This document shows positions 47,101 to 56,000 of a stretch of 64,000 bases of DNA, one piece after another (positions within the stretch are counted from its first letter, which is position 1; the number at the start of each line of letters is the position of its first letter). Origin of the DNA: a virus. The notes under the pieces are model-generated. The model made no database searches, had not been told where the DNA came from, and saw only the letters and a program-made list of their open reading frames with translations. A program made the position numbers and the translations under genes. Where the stretch lies: the IMG/VR virus record IMGVR_UViG_3300002144_000620, positions 32,001 to 96,000 of that record; one strand, given 5' to 3'.

Positions 47101-49880
47101 AATATTACGTTAGAAACACAACTAAAATAGTTACCGAAGGACTTAAACCAGAACCTACTGATACTAAATATTGGACAGCAATTGACCATTCAAATTTTGG
47201 TGAATTAGCATTTAGAGAAGAATATGGTAGAAACTACATACAAAGATATGAGATAAAATATGATGGTTTATTTACAGAAATGTATAAAACTTTTGGTGAA
47301 TATACTAATTTATTAGTTTACGGATCAACCAATGGTTTAGGTATAGACCCAACTGGTTTTGTCGTAACAAAATCTGATACAAAATCAGGAACAAGTATTG
47401 GTGAAAGATATAGAATAGTATCTGATATACTAAAAAATAAAAATTACAATACACTAATAACGGGTGATACAATTTCCTCTTTAATAACCAGTATAAGTGG
47501 TAATACGAATAGTACGTATGAGTCTAGCAGTATAACTGGCTTAACATATGCACAAATATTTAAGGGTGTTGCAACAACAAAGAGATATGATGAACTTGGT
47601 GAAATATTTAAAGAAAACCCATTTTTTATCGGAACAACCAAAACTAGTTTTGATCAATTCGAGGCGTTAAAACTAAATTTACACCCCCAAGAATACATGT
47701 TTAAAGTTGGTGATGGACTAGGTTTACCGTACAATTTCCAGCAAAAAAATAGTAGTTCATTGGGTGATAACGGTATGAGTACTAAATTCTTTCCAGGTAA
47801 TTTAACAAACGGATATTCGAATAATAGAGCAGATGCTTATTCTGAAACTGGTGGGGTATTCCTAAAAGGAATTAATAAATCTAGTAGAATATACCAAGGA
47901 ATAATAGATAATTTTGCTGATGAATTTAAAACAAAAATAGCGTTAAATACTTTAGCCATATGGAGTGATACATTAGAACCAACGTTAACAACATTTAATA
48001 ACTTCCATACCGATTTGGATGACGCTCATAGAATAATGTTTAAAACATACTTAAACGAAAAATTCTCTAGCTACTATTCAATGTTAACTAATTATAACAC
48101 TGAATCTAACAATGATCTTAATGATAAGATTGCTAAAATAAGTGTTATATTAGCTGGCTTATCATTACCAGCTTACGGTTATGACGCAAAATACACTGAA
48201 GATGGTAAGGCTCAGCTATACGAAATAATACCCAATGGTAAAAAGTTAACAACAGATGTTGTCAGTGGTAATATGTTTGGTTACGATCCGTATAAACAAT
48301 ACAAAAAATTAGGGTACACAGGTGGTGAGTTATTAACATTTAAAGATGTTGACAATATTTTCAAAAAATCATCATTTGGATCATGGGCATGGGGCGGCAC
48401 ACCTATGGTGGATTCCATATCTATAGAAGATTACATGTCTCTAGGTAATGGTTTGTATTTCTTTAAACAACAAACAAACACATACACAAAAGGTGATCTA
48501 GAAACAACGAATACTAACCTAGAGTATGATAGAAACATGGAATACATATCAAAAGAATTTGGTTATGAAAATATATCTGATCTACCATTCCAATATGATT
48601 TTGATAATACTTTACCTAAATCCATTCATTTATCCGTAGATAGTTCAATAACAGGGTTAACTAAAAATTACTTCTTTGACACACCATTTTCATTTAACCC
48701 AGGTGAATACGGTACAGAGACTTCATTAGAAACCAAAGCTAATAATTTAGTTATGAGATCACCACAAGGTACTATAATCAATGAAGCTGCAAATGTTTTT
48801 AATACTAATGATTATAAAATGACATATGTATGGGAAAAATTAAATTATGAAATTTTAGACTTTAGTAATAAAACTTTAGATCTAATGTTATCTGATAATT
48901 TAGAAACAGAACTAAACGATCTTGATTTTACTTATACACCGTTATATGAATTTGATACACAACTAGATGAGTTAATTATTAGTGGTTCAATAAGTGGTAC
49001 AACAACAGGTACAACAACAGGTACAACAACAGGTACAACAACAAATATTGGTAATACATTATTTTACTATGGTGACAATAAAAAACCTAACGATAATATA
49101 AAAACATTAAATTATTATTTATTTAACGAAAGCAACCCTAACATTACTGGTACCGATTTAGTAATTACATTATCAAACCTAAATAACGCTTTAGCTTATA
49201 ATTACACAATAAACGATTCGTTTATATCAGCATTACCGACAAGTAATAAAAATAAAATATATTTAGATATCGTTGGCTCAGTTAACCCTAGTTTAATTAA
49301 AATGTCAGGTATGTGTGAATTAATATTTTTAGAATTTTTACATGAATTAAGTCAAAATAAATCACTACATATTGAATCTTTAGATAAAATCTTTAGTGAA
49401 TCAATAGCTGTACCAGCTAATATAAAAAGTGACGATAAGAAAAACAAAGCCTATAGAGATAAAAAGAAAAAGAAAATTAAAAAAGTATTGGTTGATACGT
49501 TTAATTTAATTGATAAACTCATTAACTCATATAGTTCAGATGTATTAGATTTGTACATCTATAATAATGATGTTAAAGACAATACGGCTAAAAATATTAA
49601 TAAAAATGTTTTTGGTAACGAATCTACCACACTATTATCTACAAAAGAGATACAGGATAATTTAATTAAGGGTAGTGTTGACGACTACACATTAGTTATG
49701 AGAGAAACTAGTAAATTAGATGATACAATAATTAAAAACCTAAAAATCTTTACAAAGTATAAAAATAACCCTATTATTAATATAGGGACAGCATTAGAAC
49801 CTATAACTGAGCCTAAACCAACGACAACAAAGTTGGCACAACAATACAAAGAGGTTTATGGTTTAGAACCAAATAAATAA
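41109..49880 (+). CDS. Giant baseplate / tube-initiator-like protein with an N-terminal repeat array and an internal OmpA-like domain
   Basis: MFSLENLAW..WFPPY..FLGRPEPIYTY..RSGTLSW and PPVCVLRIGDFYHTKIII..L.ISYD..QPM.A.V...F..IGG tube-like segments; HAS..YNDKLASRR..RRV; followed by a LysM/gp53-like gene. Confidence 0.65.
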   Translation: MSLNSISEEFRNEILNLNLQSPPDIVTGLVNLTNSVTINAYLSSLGQYAVIHDYKVLNPGDVDTDGIPTRNANFSRTLNTPTDISNGLSDLTSNQQYVANIVNSKGQLTVINDYANTNPSDVLTEAVTPRTTDILKNLNTPIDITTGLNDLSPNAAIASQYLSGRGSFSIINDFNVINPGDVLTDAIAPRNLDIAKNLNTPIDITTGINDLSPNGTIASQYLSGRGSFSIINDFNVINPGDVLTDAIAPRTLDFSRNLNTPTDITAGVNDLTPNTLLAAQYLSGRGSFSVINDFIVNNPGDVLTDAVTPRTLNFLQTLNTPTDITTGVNTLSGAYAAQYLSGKGAFTAINTFPNVNPGDVLTDAVTPRNLNFSHGLNTPTDITTGINTLSGAFAAQYLSGRGAFTVINDYINTNPGDVVNAATAPRALNFSHTLNTPLDITVGVNTLSGSFAAQYLSGKGLGTVINDFINVNPGDTVTDALVPRTLNLNKNLNTPLDITTGLLNLSGSFAAQYLAGRGFDTIVNDFNVINPGDVETEALLPRTLNLSMTLTTPLDITTGIGTLTANGTLTAQYLAGRGTPTVINVLPNVNPGDVQTNAGPLRISLFSLNLVPDPNDATDSYTLANPGTVAIGSDTIINNFTVNNQEELTPLQLQYLNANSKNLYQPENPVVYDILADLILNQSPNTQQNPYVTEDMLKNADPTQLVLADFLNLPTASTPLSVLLGTDLNLANLLTEPGIKNDTLLAQIGALELKFHLEARLAAKLASETLGWTTIDDMLTNPLKIAEALKNPSSVLERGNADITTFKGGLGKLASFISDVSGLGGLSSAFFKDDSVLLKPTGVEDYDSDQKLRNRDIDRLEETGKGQRFMAFSNLTLNKYIPDYVSQLTNISGSRTYKRLRKGQGENHEEDKSYLGNATQRIFDLLTDGSGNQVKPTAEITKLLIENNKYSEPGVENVSSYGSLQTSFIWRGTTEERYWNPLTGGYTKDNKNDDRATFKWNKNLEQSNLSVSKTFRDNSIMGKTQELLNSSENNVMLRSIDQTKTKFSDGYNFASKGSGVISPFKKSRLNTNNEVIGYDYLVPGLDISGKRDEQRMYDEVELCRTWTKAKPFSKVTDLIRWKELNRKERNSVLDRYGNLNIHPSALNVNEGYGRLGDGLGDAVVEGFGEKRARKYMFSLENLAWRDATLFKDLPPCEKGSNGGRVMWFPPYNMRFTDDTNTNWTTHQFLGRPEPIYTYNNTERSGTLSWDIVVDHPSVLNLLVSKEFASITDGEVDELLAAFWSGCLEYDIFELARIWGVFTDSDIEYFKKVIADLDIRLPNEKVRNAVKSSGSFKSKTVQIESNETIQPFIPDFNLFFENDTPLPKSGYKTTDDFKVEPFNTYFETYRKLASMEDENAPIAKENHRYKRAEARGESVPVEAKWIRYDQTIGTKSNTDQHYFFEKDREKFISKAFGYDEQYEKIQTDISNLTASTYAAVKDYNLSVIMEAHASPTAPGPTTTAIQEYNDKLASRRFVSVVKWLVLNVLSNNSNSTIKCYNITDGAEITESNINKLFNDDLELSSNVEIQRGDINEPSVRQKITFTVTAASGLTTDDVFGSDEFINLFGTPSVDNVTGVQYYKVSYGNDTYYAVATKDEFDKIKDNFKPNGTLIDKKFIGTFLSVRSKTGGGVTGVKLTQADIICGNLSPQASYSRRVSFITELDEKELKIERTPPKNEQPPLILESKNVQTNVTKREIAQRILGKLLTECDYFEFLSEEAPIVYDSLKQKLKYFTPAFHSMTPEGLNARLTFLQQCMRPGETITKSNGTSCDAKNSSFGRPPVCVLRIGDFYHTKIIINNLNISYDPLLFDLNPEGIGVQPMLAKVSINFKYIGGQGLRRYVDELQTALSFNYYANTDVYDERTFANTDARERDLINLEQDFFAQNSLDLIPIVNQAELITPSTENLEIPVGTIGVISTRLLPKLAGGTYYNDLVGATPFSSNVSSYNPESCVTWQGQYYVRNTTKIVTEGLKPEPTDTKYWTAIDHSNFGELAFREEYGRNYIQRYEIKYDGLFTEMYKTFGEYTNLLVYGSTNGLGIDPTGFVVTKSDTKSGTSIGERYRIVSDILKNKNYNTLITGDTISSLITSISGNTNSTYESSSITGLTYAQIFKGVATTKRYDELGEIFKENPFFIGTTKTSFDQFEALKLNLHPQEYMFKVGDGLGLPYNFQQKNSSSLGDNGMSTKFFPGNLTNGYSNNRADAYSETGGVFLKGINKSSRIYQGIIDNFADEFKTKIALNTLAIWSDTLEPTLTTFNNFHTDLDDAHRIMFKTYLNEKFSSYYSMLTNYNTESNNDLNDKIAKISVILAGLSLPAYGYDAKYTEDGKAQLYEIIPNGKKLTTDVVSGNMFGYDPYKQYKKLGYTGGELLTFKDVDNIFKKSSFGSWAWGGTPMVDSISIEDYMSLGNGLYFFKQQTNTYTKGDLETTNTNLEYDRNMEYISKEFGYENISDLPFQYDFDNTLPKSIHLSVDSSITGLTKNYFFDTPFSFNPGEYGTETSLETKANNLVMRSPQGTIINEAANVFNTNDYKMTYVWEKLNYEILDFSNKTLDLMLSDNLETELNDLDFTYTPLYEFDTQLDELIISGSISGTTTGTTTGTTTGTTTNIGNTLFYYGDNKKPNDNIKTLNYYLFNESNPNITGTDLVITLSNLNNALAYNYTINDSFISALPTSNKNKIYLDIVGSVNPSLIKMSGMCELIFLEFLHELSQNKSLHIESLDKIFSESIAVPANIKSDDKKNKAYRDKKKKKIKKVLVDTFNLIDKLINSYSSDVLDLYIYNNDVKDNTAKNINKNVFGNESTTLLSTKEIQDNLIKGSVDDYTLVMRETSKLDDTIIKNLKIFTKYKNNPIINIGTALEPITEPKPTTTKLAQQYKEVYGLEPNK
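41157..42930 (+). repeat. About 10 coding tandem repeats of 58-60 aa (174/180 bp)
   Basis: NP(G/S)D anchors at 41280, 41460, 41640, 41820, 42000, 42174, 42348, 42522, 42696, 42876. Confidence 0.95.
48996..49043 (+). repeat. 12-bp coding microsatellite x4 (GTTT)
   Basis: ggtacaacaaca four times. Confidence 0.95.
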
Positions 49881-49888
49881 AAATATAT

Positions 49889-50212
49889 ATGCCTTTAAAT
49901 TATTTTAACAGATACAGAACATTAGATACTGAGGAAAAACATTCGTCAGCACCTTTTGTAAAATTAACGGAAAAATCATCTGATCAATTCACTGTATATA
50001 CAATAGGCAAATCTAGATTAGATAAAATAAGTCAACAATATTACTCAGCACCATATTATGGGTGGTTAATTTTAATGGCCAATCCAGATATCGCACCATC
50101 AGAATGGGAGATACCTGATAATACAACGATAAGAATACCTTTTCCTTTATCTGAAACATTAGGTGAGTACGAAACGAAATTACAAAATAGGGTAGATTAT
50201 TATGGCAATTAA
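49889..50212 (+). CDS. LysM / T4 gp53-like baseplate wedge protein
   Basis: RLDKISQQYYSAPYYGWLILMANP..IPDNTTIRIP. Confidence 0.8.
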   Translation: MPLNYFNRYRTLDTEEKHSSAPFVKLTEKSSDQFTVYTIGKSRLDKISQQYYSAPYYGWLILMANPDIAPSEWEIPDNTTIRIPFPLSETLGEYETKLQNRVDYYGN

Positions 50213-53033
50213 TTACGATGAAAGAATCTTATCAGTATTTGGTAAAAGAAGTGAAAAATCAGTTGACCCGAACATAGGGGACAAATTGACAAATGGTTTA
50301 TTTGTTGTCGATCCAAATAAAGTTGTAACTGAAGACGACACTATTAAACCAAGGTATATTAAGCAGGAAGATCTGGTTATGTACGCTAACATTACAGCTA
50401 GATTAAACCCAGATAGTGGTATAATAAACAATGGTTCTGATAGTACCGTAATTACAATTGGTCAAGTGGGTGTTAATTTTCTAAACCCATTAAAAACTGG
50501 TACTGTAAATCCAGAAACTGGGAATGTTGATTTTAATGGGCATACAGATAAGTTTACAACTGGTTGGTCTGATTACTTTACCTCAGATAATGAAGAGGGT
50601 AATTTTTATGACCCCGAAACTTTCGGTATATCAAATATAGATATAACCCACAATGCTAGTCTAACACCAATTATTAAAATTGATTTTATTGACGTACAAG
50701 GTAGAACACTATTAGAAAGAGGTGATGAAGAGACTAACCCATACAACATATTCTATAGATTCCCTTACCCACTATTCACTTTAACTATTAAAGGTTATTT
50801 TGGTAAAGCTATAGAGTATCCTTTGTCGATGACAAAGACCTCAACAACCTTTGATTCAACCAGTGGTAACTACATAATTAGAGCCGAATTTTTATCCAGA
50901 ACATTTTCAGTATACAATAATTTCTTAATGAGTTACGCAGCTGTAGCTCCATATATGTACCCAATAACTGGTACGGATAATGATTATTTAGGTAAAAGAA
51001 TACTAAAAGGCTTATACCAAAAACAGAATGAACATTTTAAAAAAATTTACGGTGCAGAAAGTAATGAATACAAAAAACATGAGTTCACTAAGTACCCAAC
51101 AATACAAGACTTAAGTAGAGGTAGTAAGACTTTAAATTACGGTAATTTATCTATAATAGATGACCAAAAAGAGATTAATAAAAAAAAGGAAACCGCTAAC
51201 TATCATCGCACTTCAATTGAGATAGCGTATACCGAAGCATTGGCTAGTTTAAAAGAACTTGATTCTTTTGTTAATGAAAGAAAGGATAATTACTACTTAA
51301 CAGAATCGGTTATTAATGACATAATTAATGATACTTATAAAAACATATCCGAAGTACCATTTATAGAATATGTAATTGGTAATTATAAATCCACTTTAAA
51401 GCTTTTACAAGAAGAATCTGAATTATCTGATTTAAGGGATGAAATATACAGCTCGGTAATCAACTCAAACCAATTTACTAGTGGGTATATTAACAAAATT
51501 ATTAAAACAGATTTTAGTTCAGAGCTTTTAAACGATGAACTATTCATAGTAAATAACACATCATCTAAGGATAAGAATGAGTTAAATAAAGTTTACTACA
51601 CATTTAAGTACTTCAAAAGTTTACATAAAATAATCACCAAAGTATTAGGTGAATTTTATCAAAAAGAGGAAAATACGGTAATTGATAATTTTACTTTCAA
51701 GATAAAAGATAATATTGGTTACGTACCTAATATGGCAAATGTTGTGCGTATCTTAATGAATAACATGCAGGTATTTATATCTATGTTAAATTTAGTTGGT
51801 TTAAACGCAGCTAATCAATTAACGAATAATGTTGATAGACAGAAAAATCAAAAAAGATTTGGTGAGGTTATAAACGATAAATGGTACCCATTTCCAAATT
51901 ACTATAGACAGAGGTATGATGAAATTATAGACGATTCCGTTTTAGAAAAACAATATCCTGGTAGTTATGAAACATCTGGGTGGTTTGAAGTACAATTTGT
52001 GGAAGAAATATTTAGAGGGTTAACTAGATTAGGTGAAATAGGTGACAATAATTTAGATAGTGAAAGTGAGACAACTTACGAATACAAAGACCTAAATAAA
52101 CAATCAAACAACCTCAACCTCAATCTAATCTCAGATAAAAAATTTGGTCTACTATCAACGTTATTAGTTGAAAATAATTTAGATTATTACAATATACAGC
52201 AAACTGCTACTGAAACATTCGAAGAATTTATAACCAAAATTTTAATGTTCGGCACTTTAGGTTTCATAAACGCATCTGGCACATTAAATAATATTACTGG
52301 GTTAGCTGAAATAATGACCGAACATGAATACGATTTAATAACTAGACGAATAGCTAATGTTGAAAAAATACCTAAACATACTTATCTAACCGAATTATAT
52401 AATACCTATCAGGGTGGACAAGATGAAAATAATTATGCTGGTTATTGTTCTGTACGTGTAACCGCAAATTTTATAAACGGTAATTATGAAGCTGTTATAA
52501 ACAACTTAGTTAACCCAATAAACGAATTACGGGACCTAATTGAAACAAATTACACTGATACACAATTTAAGTCCGCTTACAGTAAAATAGACGGTGTTAT
52601 TGGCGAAGCTGTTGATATTAATGATTTTAAAAGATTATACAACTATAAACCACTAGAATATAAAAACAAAAAGAATACAAATGGTTTAATTGGAATAAAG
52701 TCTTTATTTTTTAAAGGATTAGACTATCATGATGAGTACGAAGGATATTCACCATCATTGGGTAAATTTAACGAAAAATTTTTAATTTATCAGGAAGAAT
52801 TTACACCTAGCTATACGTCTGGTTATTATAATACACCTGATGTGTATCAGAACTATAAGCTATATCCTCGTTGGTATGATACTTATTTTAAATACGATAT
52901 AAACAATAAAGTCTCAGCGAATACACAAAACTCAAACGCTTTAGCTTTATCAATAAAAGATACTGGTTTAGCCGCTTTAAATCCTGATAAAAAAAATAAA
53001 AACAATACTAGATATAGTAAAATAAATCTATAA
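50202..53033 (+). CDS. Baseplate hub-like protein (N-terminal part)
   Basis: FGISNIDI..PIIKIDFIDVQGRTL..FPYPLFTLTIKGYFG..F..TSGNY.I..EF; baseplate context. Confidence 0.55.
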   Translation: MAINYDERILSVFGKRSEKSVDPNIGDKLTNGLFVVDPNKVVTEDDTIKPRYIKQEDLVMYANITARLNPDSGIINNGSDSTVITIGQVGVNFLNPLKTGTVNPETGNVDFNGHTDKFTTGWSDYFTSDNEEGNFYDPETFGISNIDITHNASLTPIIKIDFIDVQGRTLLERGDEETNPYNIFYRFPYPLFTLTIKGYFGKAIEYPLSMTKTSTTFDSTSGNYIIRAEFLSRTFSVYNNFLMSYAAVAPYMYPITGTDNDYLGKRILKGLYQKQNEHFKKIYGAESNEYKKHEFTKYPTIQDLSRGSKTLNYGNLSIIDDQKEINKKKETANYHRTSIEIAYTEALASLKELDSFVNERKDNYYLTESVINDIINDTYKNISEVPFIEYVIGNYKSTLKLLQEESELSDLRDEIYSSVINSNQFTSGYINKIIKTDFSSELLNDELFIVNNTSSKDKNELNKVYYTFKYFKSLHKIITKVLGEFYQKEENTVIDNFTFKIKDNIGYVPNMANVVRILMNNMQVFISMLNLVGLNAANQLTNNVDRQKNQKRFGEVINDKWYPFPNYYRQRYDEIIDDSVLEKQYPGSYETSGWFEVQFVEEIFRGLTRLGEIGDNNLDSESETTYEYKDLNKQSNNLNLNLISDKKFGLLSTLLVENNLDYYNIQQTATETFEEFITKILMFGTLGFINASGTLNNITGLAEIMTEHEYDLITRRIANVEKIPKHTYLTELYNTYQGGQDENNYAGYCSVRVTANFINGNYEAVINNLVNPINELRDLIETNYTDTQFKSAYSKIDGVIGEAVDINDFKRLYNYKPLEYKNKKNTNGLIGIKSLFFKGLDYHDEYEGYSPSLGKFNEKFLIYQEEFTPSYTSGYYNTPDVYQNYKLYPRWYDTYFKYDINNKVSANTQNSNALALSIKDTGLAALNPDKKNKNNTRYSKINL

Positions 53034-56000
53034 TGAGTACAAATTTACAAGCGTATTTAACACAAAGGTATTTAAATTTAAGTCACAACAATATTGGTGA
53101 CTTGATGGAGACTAGTTACACCGAAAACGAATCTGGTATATTACAAAATACGTTTAATGACAACAGAGATGGTTTTAATAGTGAATCACTAACAAAAGAA
53201 ATACACGGGGTTGATTTTTGGGATGCAGTGAATGGAGATGTTGGAACACCAATTAACCACGCAATATTTGCACAAAATATTATAGATGAAGTTAGTTCAG
53301 GAAATTTCGATAAAAGTGCTAATTTATTAATATCTAGTATAAGATCGGAATCTAACAGTAACTATATATTTTACGAAGAATTATTATCATTATTTAGAAA
53401 AACCCAGGGGTTAGTTGAAGTACCTATAAGTTTAGTATTACAGATAGGTGCTAAGTATGACGCTTATTATTACGGTTCAAAAGATGAATCAATAAACTTT
53501 AGCAAAATTAATGGGTTATTTGGTGTTAATAACCTAGATATATTTGACAATGATGATGTATCATTTAGACATTACGGGTCATACGGGTATAACCAAAAAA
53601 ACTTATCTGTAGCTACAATACCTTTCTTAAGACCGATTACCCCTAAATCTATTGAAGATAAAATGGTTTTTGGTTTTGAAAACTACACAACAACAAATAC
53701 TGTTAAAAATTACCGTGAATCTTTTTATAATTTTGAAACCAAAAGAAATGAGAGTATAAGTAATAATATATCATCACACATACCAGTATCTGGTTACGGT
53801 GTTTTAAATAATTATCTTAACGCAATGTCAAAATTATATTTTGGTATTGGTTTAGATGGTGGTGATGTTAACGAAACAGCTAACGACAATAGTGTTCCTT
53901 ACCATATAATTGGGAATTATAACGGTAGGTTAAAAACTATAAAAACATATAATGACCAGAATATTAATTTCATGGCATCATACAATAGTTACAACCCAAA
54001 TATAAAACACGATTTAAGTAACATAGTTGATGATTTTAACACGTTATCATCATCAATTACATTTGACGATGATTTCATATTCACGAATAAATATAGTGTT
54101 AAGAAAATAGAGTTTTTCCTAATTCTATCAAAAATAAAAGTAAACTTCTTAGGTGGTCACATTACATCATCAGGTGTATATAATAGTATAATAAATTTAT
54201 GTGGTGTTAATAATTTAGGTGCTAAAGAGTTAGATAGTTTTGATTTACCTGACTTTGTAGCATTATTACTATATTCAATGTACCCACCAGACGGTGCCGA
54301 ACCAGACGAAGGGTTAAACAGATTAAATAAAAATACAAAGGTATTGTCAAAATACTATGTTGACCCTAACTCATTTATAGGTATATCAACAGAAACCCCT
54401 AGTATAAATAACGATGGATTTTCATTACAAAAAGAAATTATAAGATTAAACGGTGAATATACTAACCTACCTAATATTGTTAGTGAGTTATTAATCGATA
54501 TATGGTCTAAAGAATTTAAAACTGATTCAAGTCAAAAACTAAGTAAACTTGATAAAAAAGGTACTTTTATGTTATACCCTAGCTCTGGTGGTGGAATTGA
54601 GATTAATAATCTACTAACAAATAGTAATAAGGTAACTGATGATAGAAGCTTATACCAGAATAGCCCTCAAATTAATTATAAATACAGTAAAACTAACATA
54701 GTTAGTACCGAAATAACACCTAACGACTTATCTACATCAACCTACTTAAACTCTTTAAAATACGATGATAACAATTTCACCAACTATAGTAGGGTTGTAT
54801 TAAACGATATTTTATTAAATAAAGATATTTCTGATTTCTATAGTAAATATGAAAACGCCTATAATTTAATAACAACACTAACCACTGTAGATAAAACAAT
54901 TGATAAATTTTCTGGTACGAAAACTATACCAGTAAATATTACAGAAAACGATACTGCGTTATTATATAAATTTAACCCAGTTTATTTCAAACCTCAATCG
55001 TACCTAACCGATACGAAATCAATAAATTATTTCGATAGATATGATGATGTACATATTATCGCAAACACAACAAACCCAGATGGTGTACATAAACTAAAGT
55101 TCGATAACAGAACATTAATATTAAATACTAGTAGATTATTCTGGTTCGACACACCAAAAGAAGATATAATAACAGTACCAGAGTATATCACATACAATAC
55201 CAAAAAGAGTAATGGTGGGTATCAATATAATTTAAATGTTGATGTTTTTGAATTTACACACTATATCTATGATGTAAATATTTACCCAAACGTATTTAAA
55301 GATGATATTAAAAAAGGTTTCATCAATCATCACGGCCGTGAGTTAATATACAACGAATTTACACCTGGGAAAAGTTTATACGTTGAAAATGGGCTTGAAG
55401 ATCCTAAGGAAGATTATACCGATTATGTACAACGATATGATAATACCGTAAAACCACTGATAGATATATTTGATGTAGATAAATTAGAAGACTTTAGGTC
55501 TTTATATAAACAGTTTAGTGGTGCCAGTACAGGTAGTTATTTTTCTGATACGTTTAATACCTTTAATTTTAAAAATTTAATCAAACATTTAAATATCGTT
55601 GGCTATAAAGACTTACCTAACAACTTATCTATTGACGGTAGAAACTTTAGTAAGGATGAGATTGCAACTTTACTAAACGGTTACACTGGTCATTTCATAG
55701 AATTTGCTTCCATAACGGGTTTAAATAGACTTATTAATACAGCACTAACAATTGGTCAACAAAACAAAGCTACTTTAGTTATTGATGAATTTTTAAACGA
55801 TAAAATAACTGTAAATAATTATTCAATAGCTGGACCTCTAGATGTACAAAACACTAGAAATAACCCAACAGGTATTAAAATAAATACATTTCCGTTCAAC
55901 CCTATAATAGCTTACGCTTCTCAAAATAAGTCATACGAAGATATTGTTGGTCCAGTTGGTGACATATTACTATTTAGAACTATACTATTTGGTGACCAAA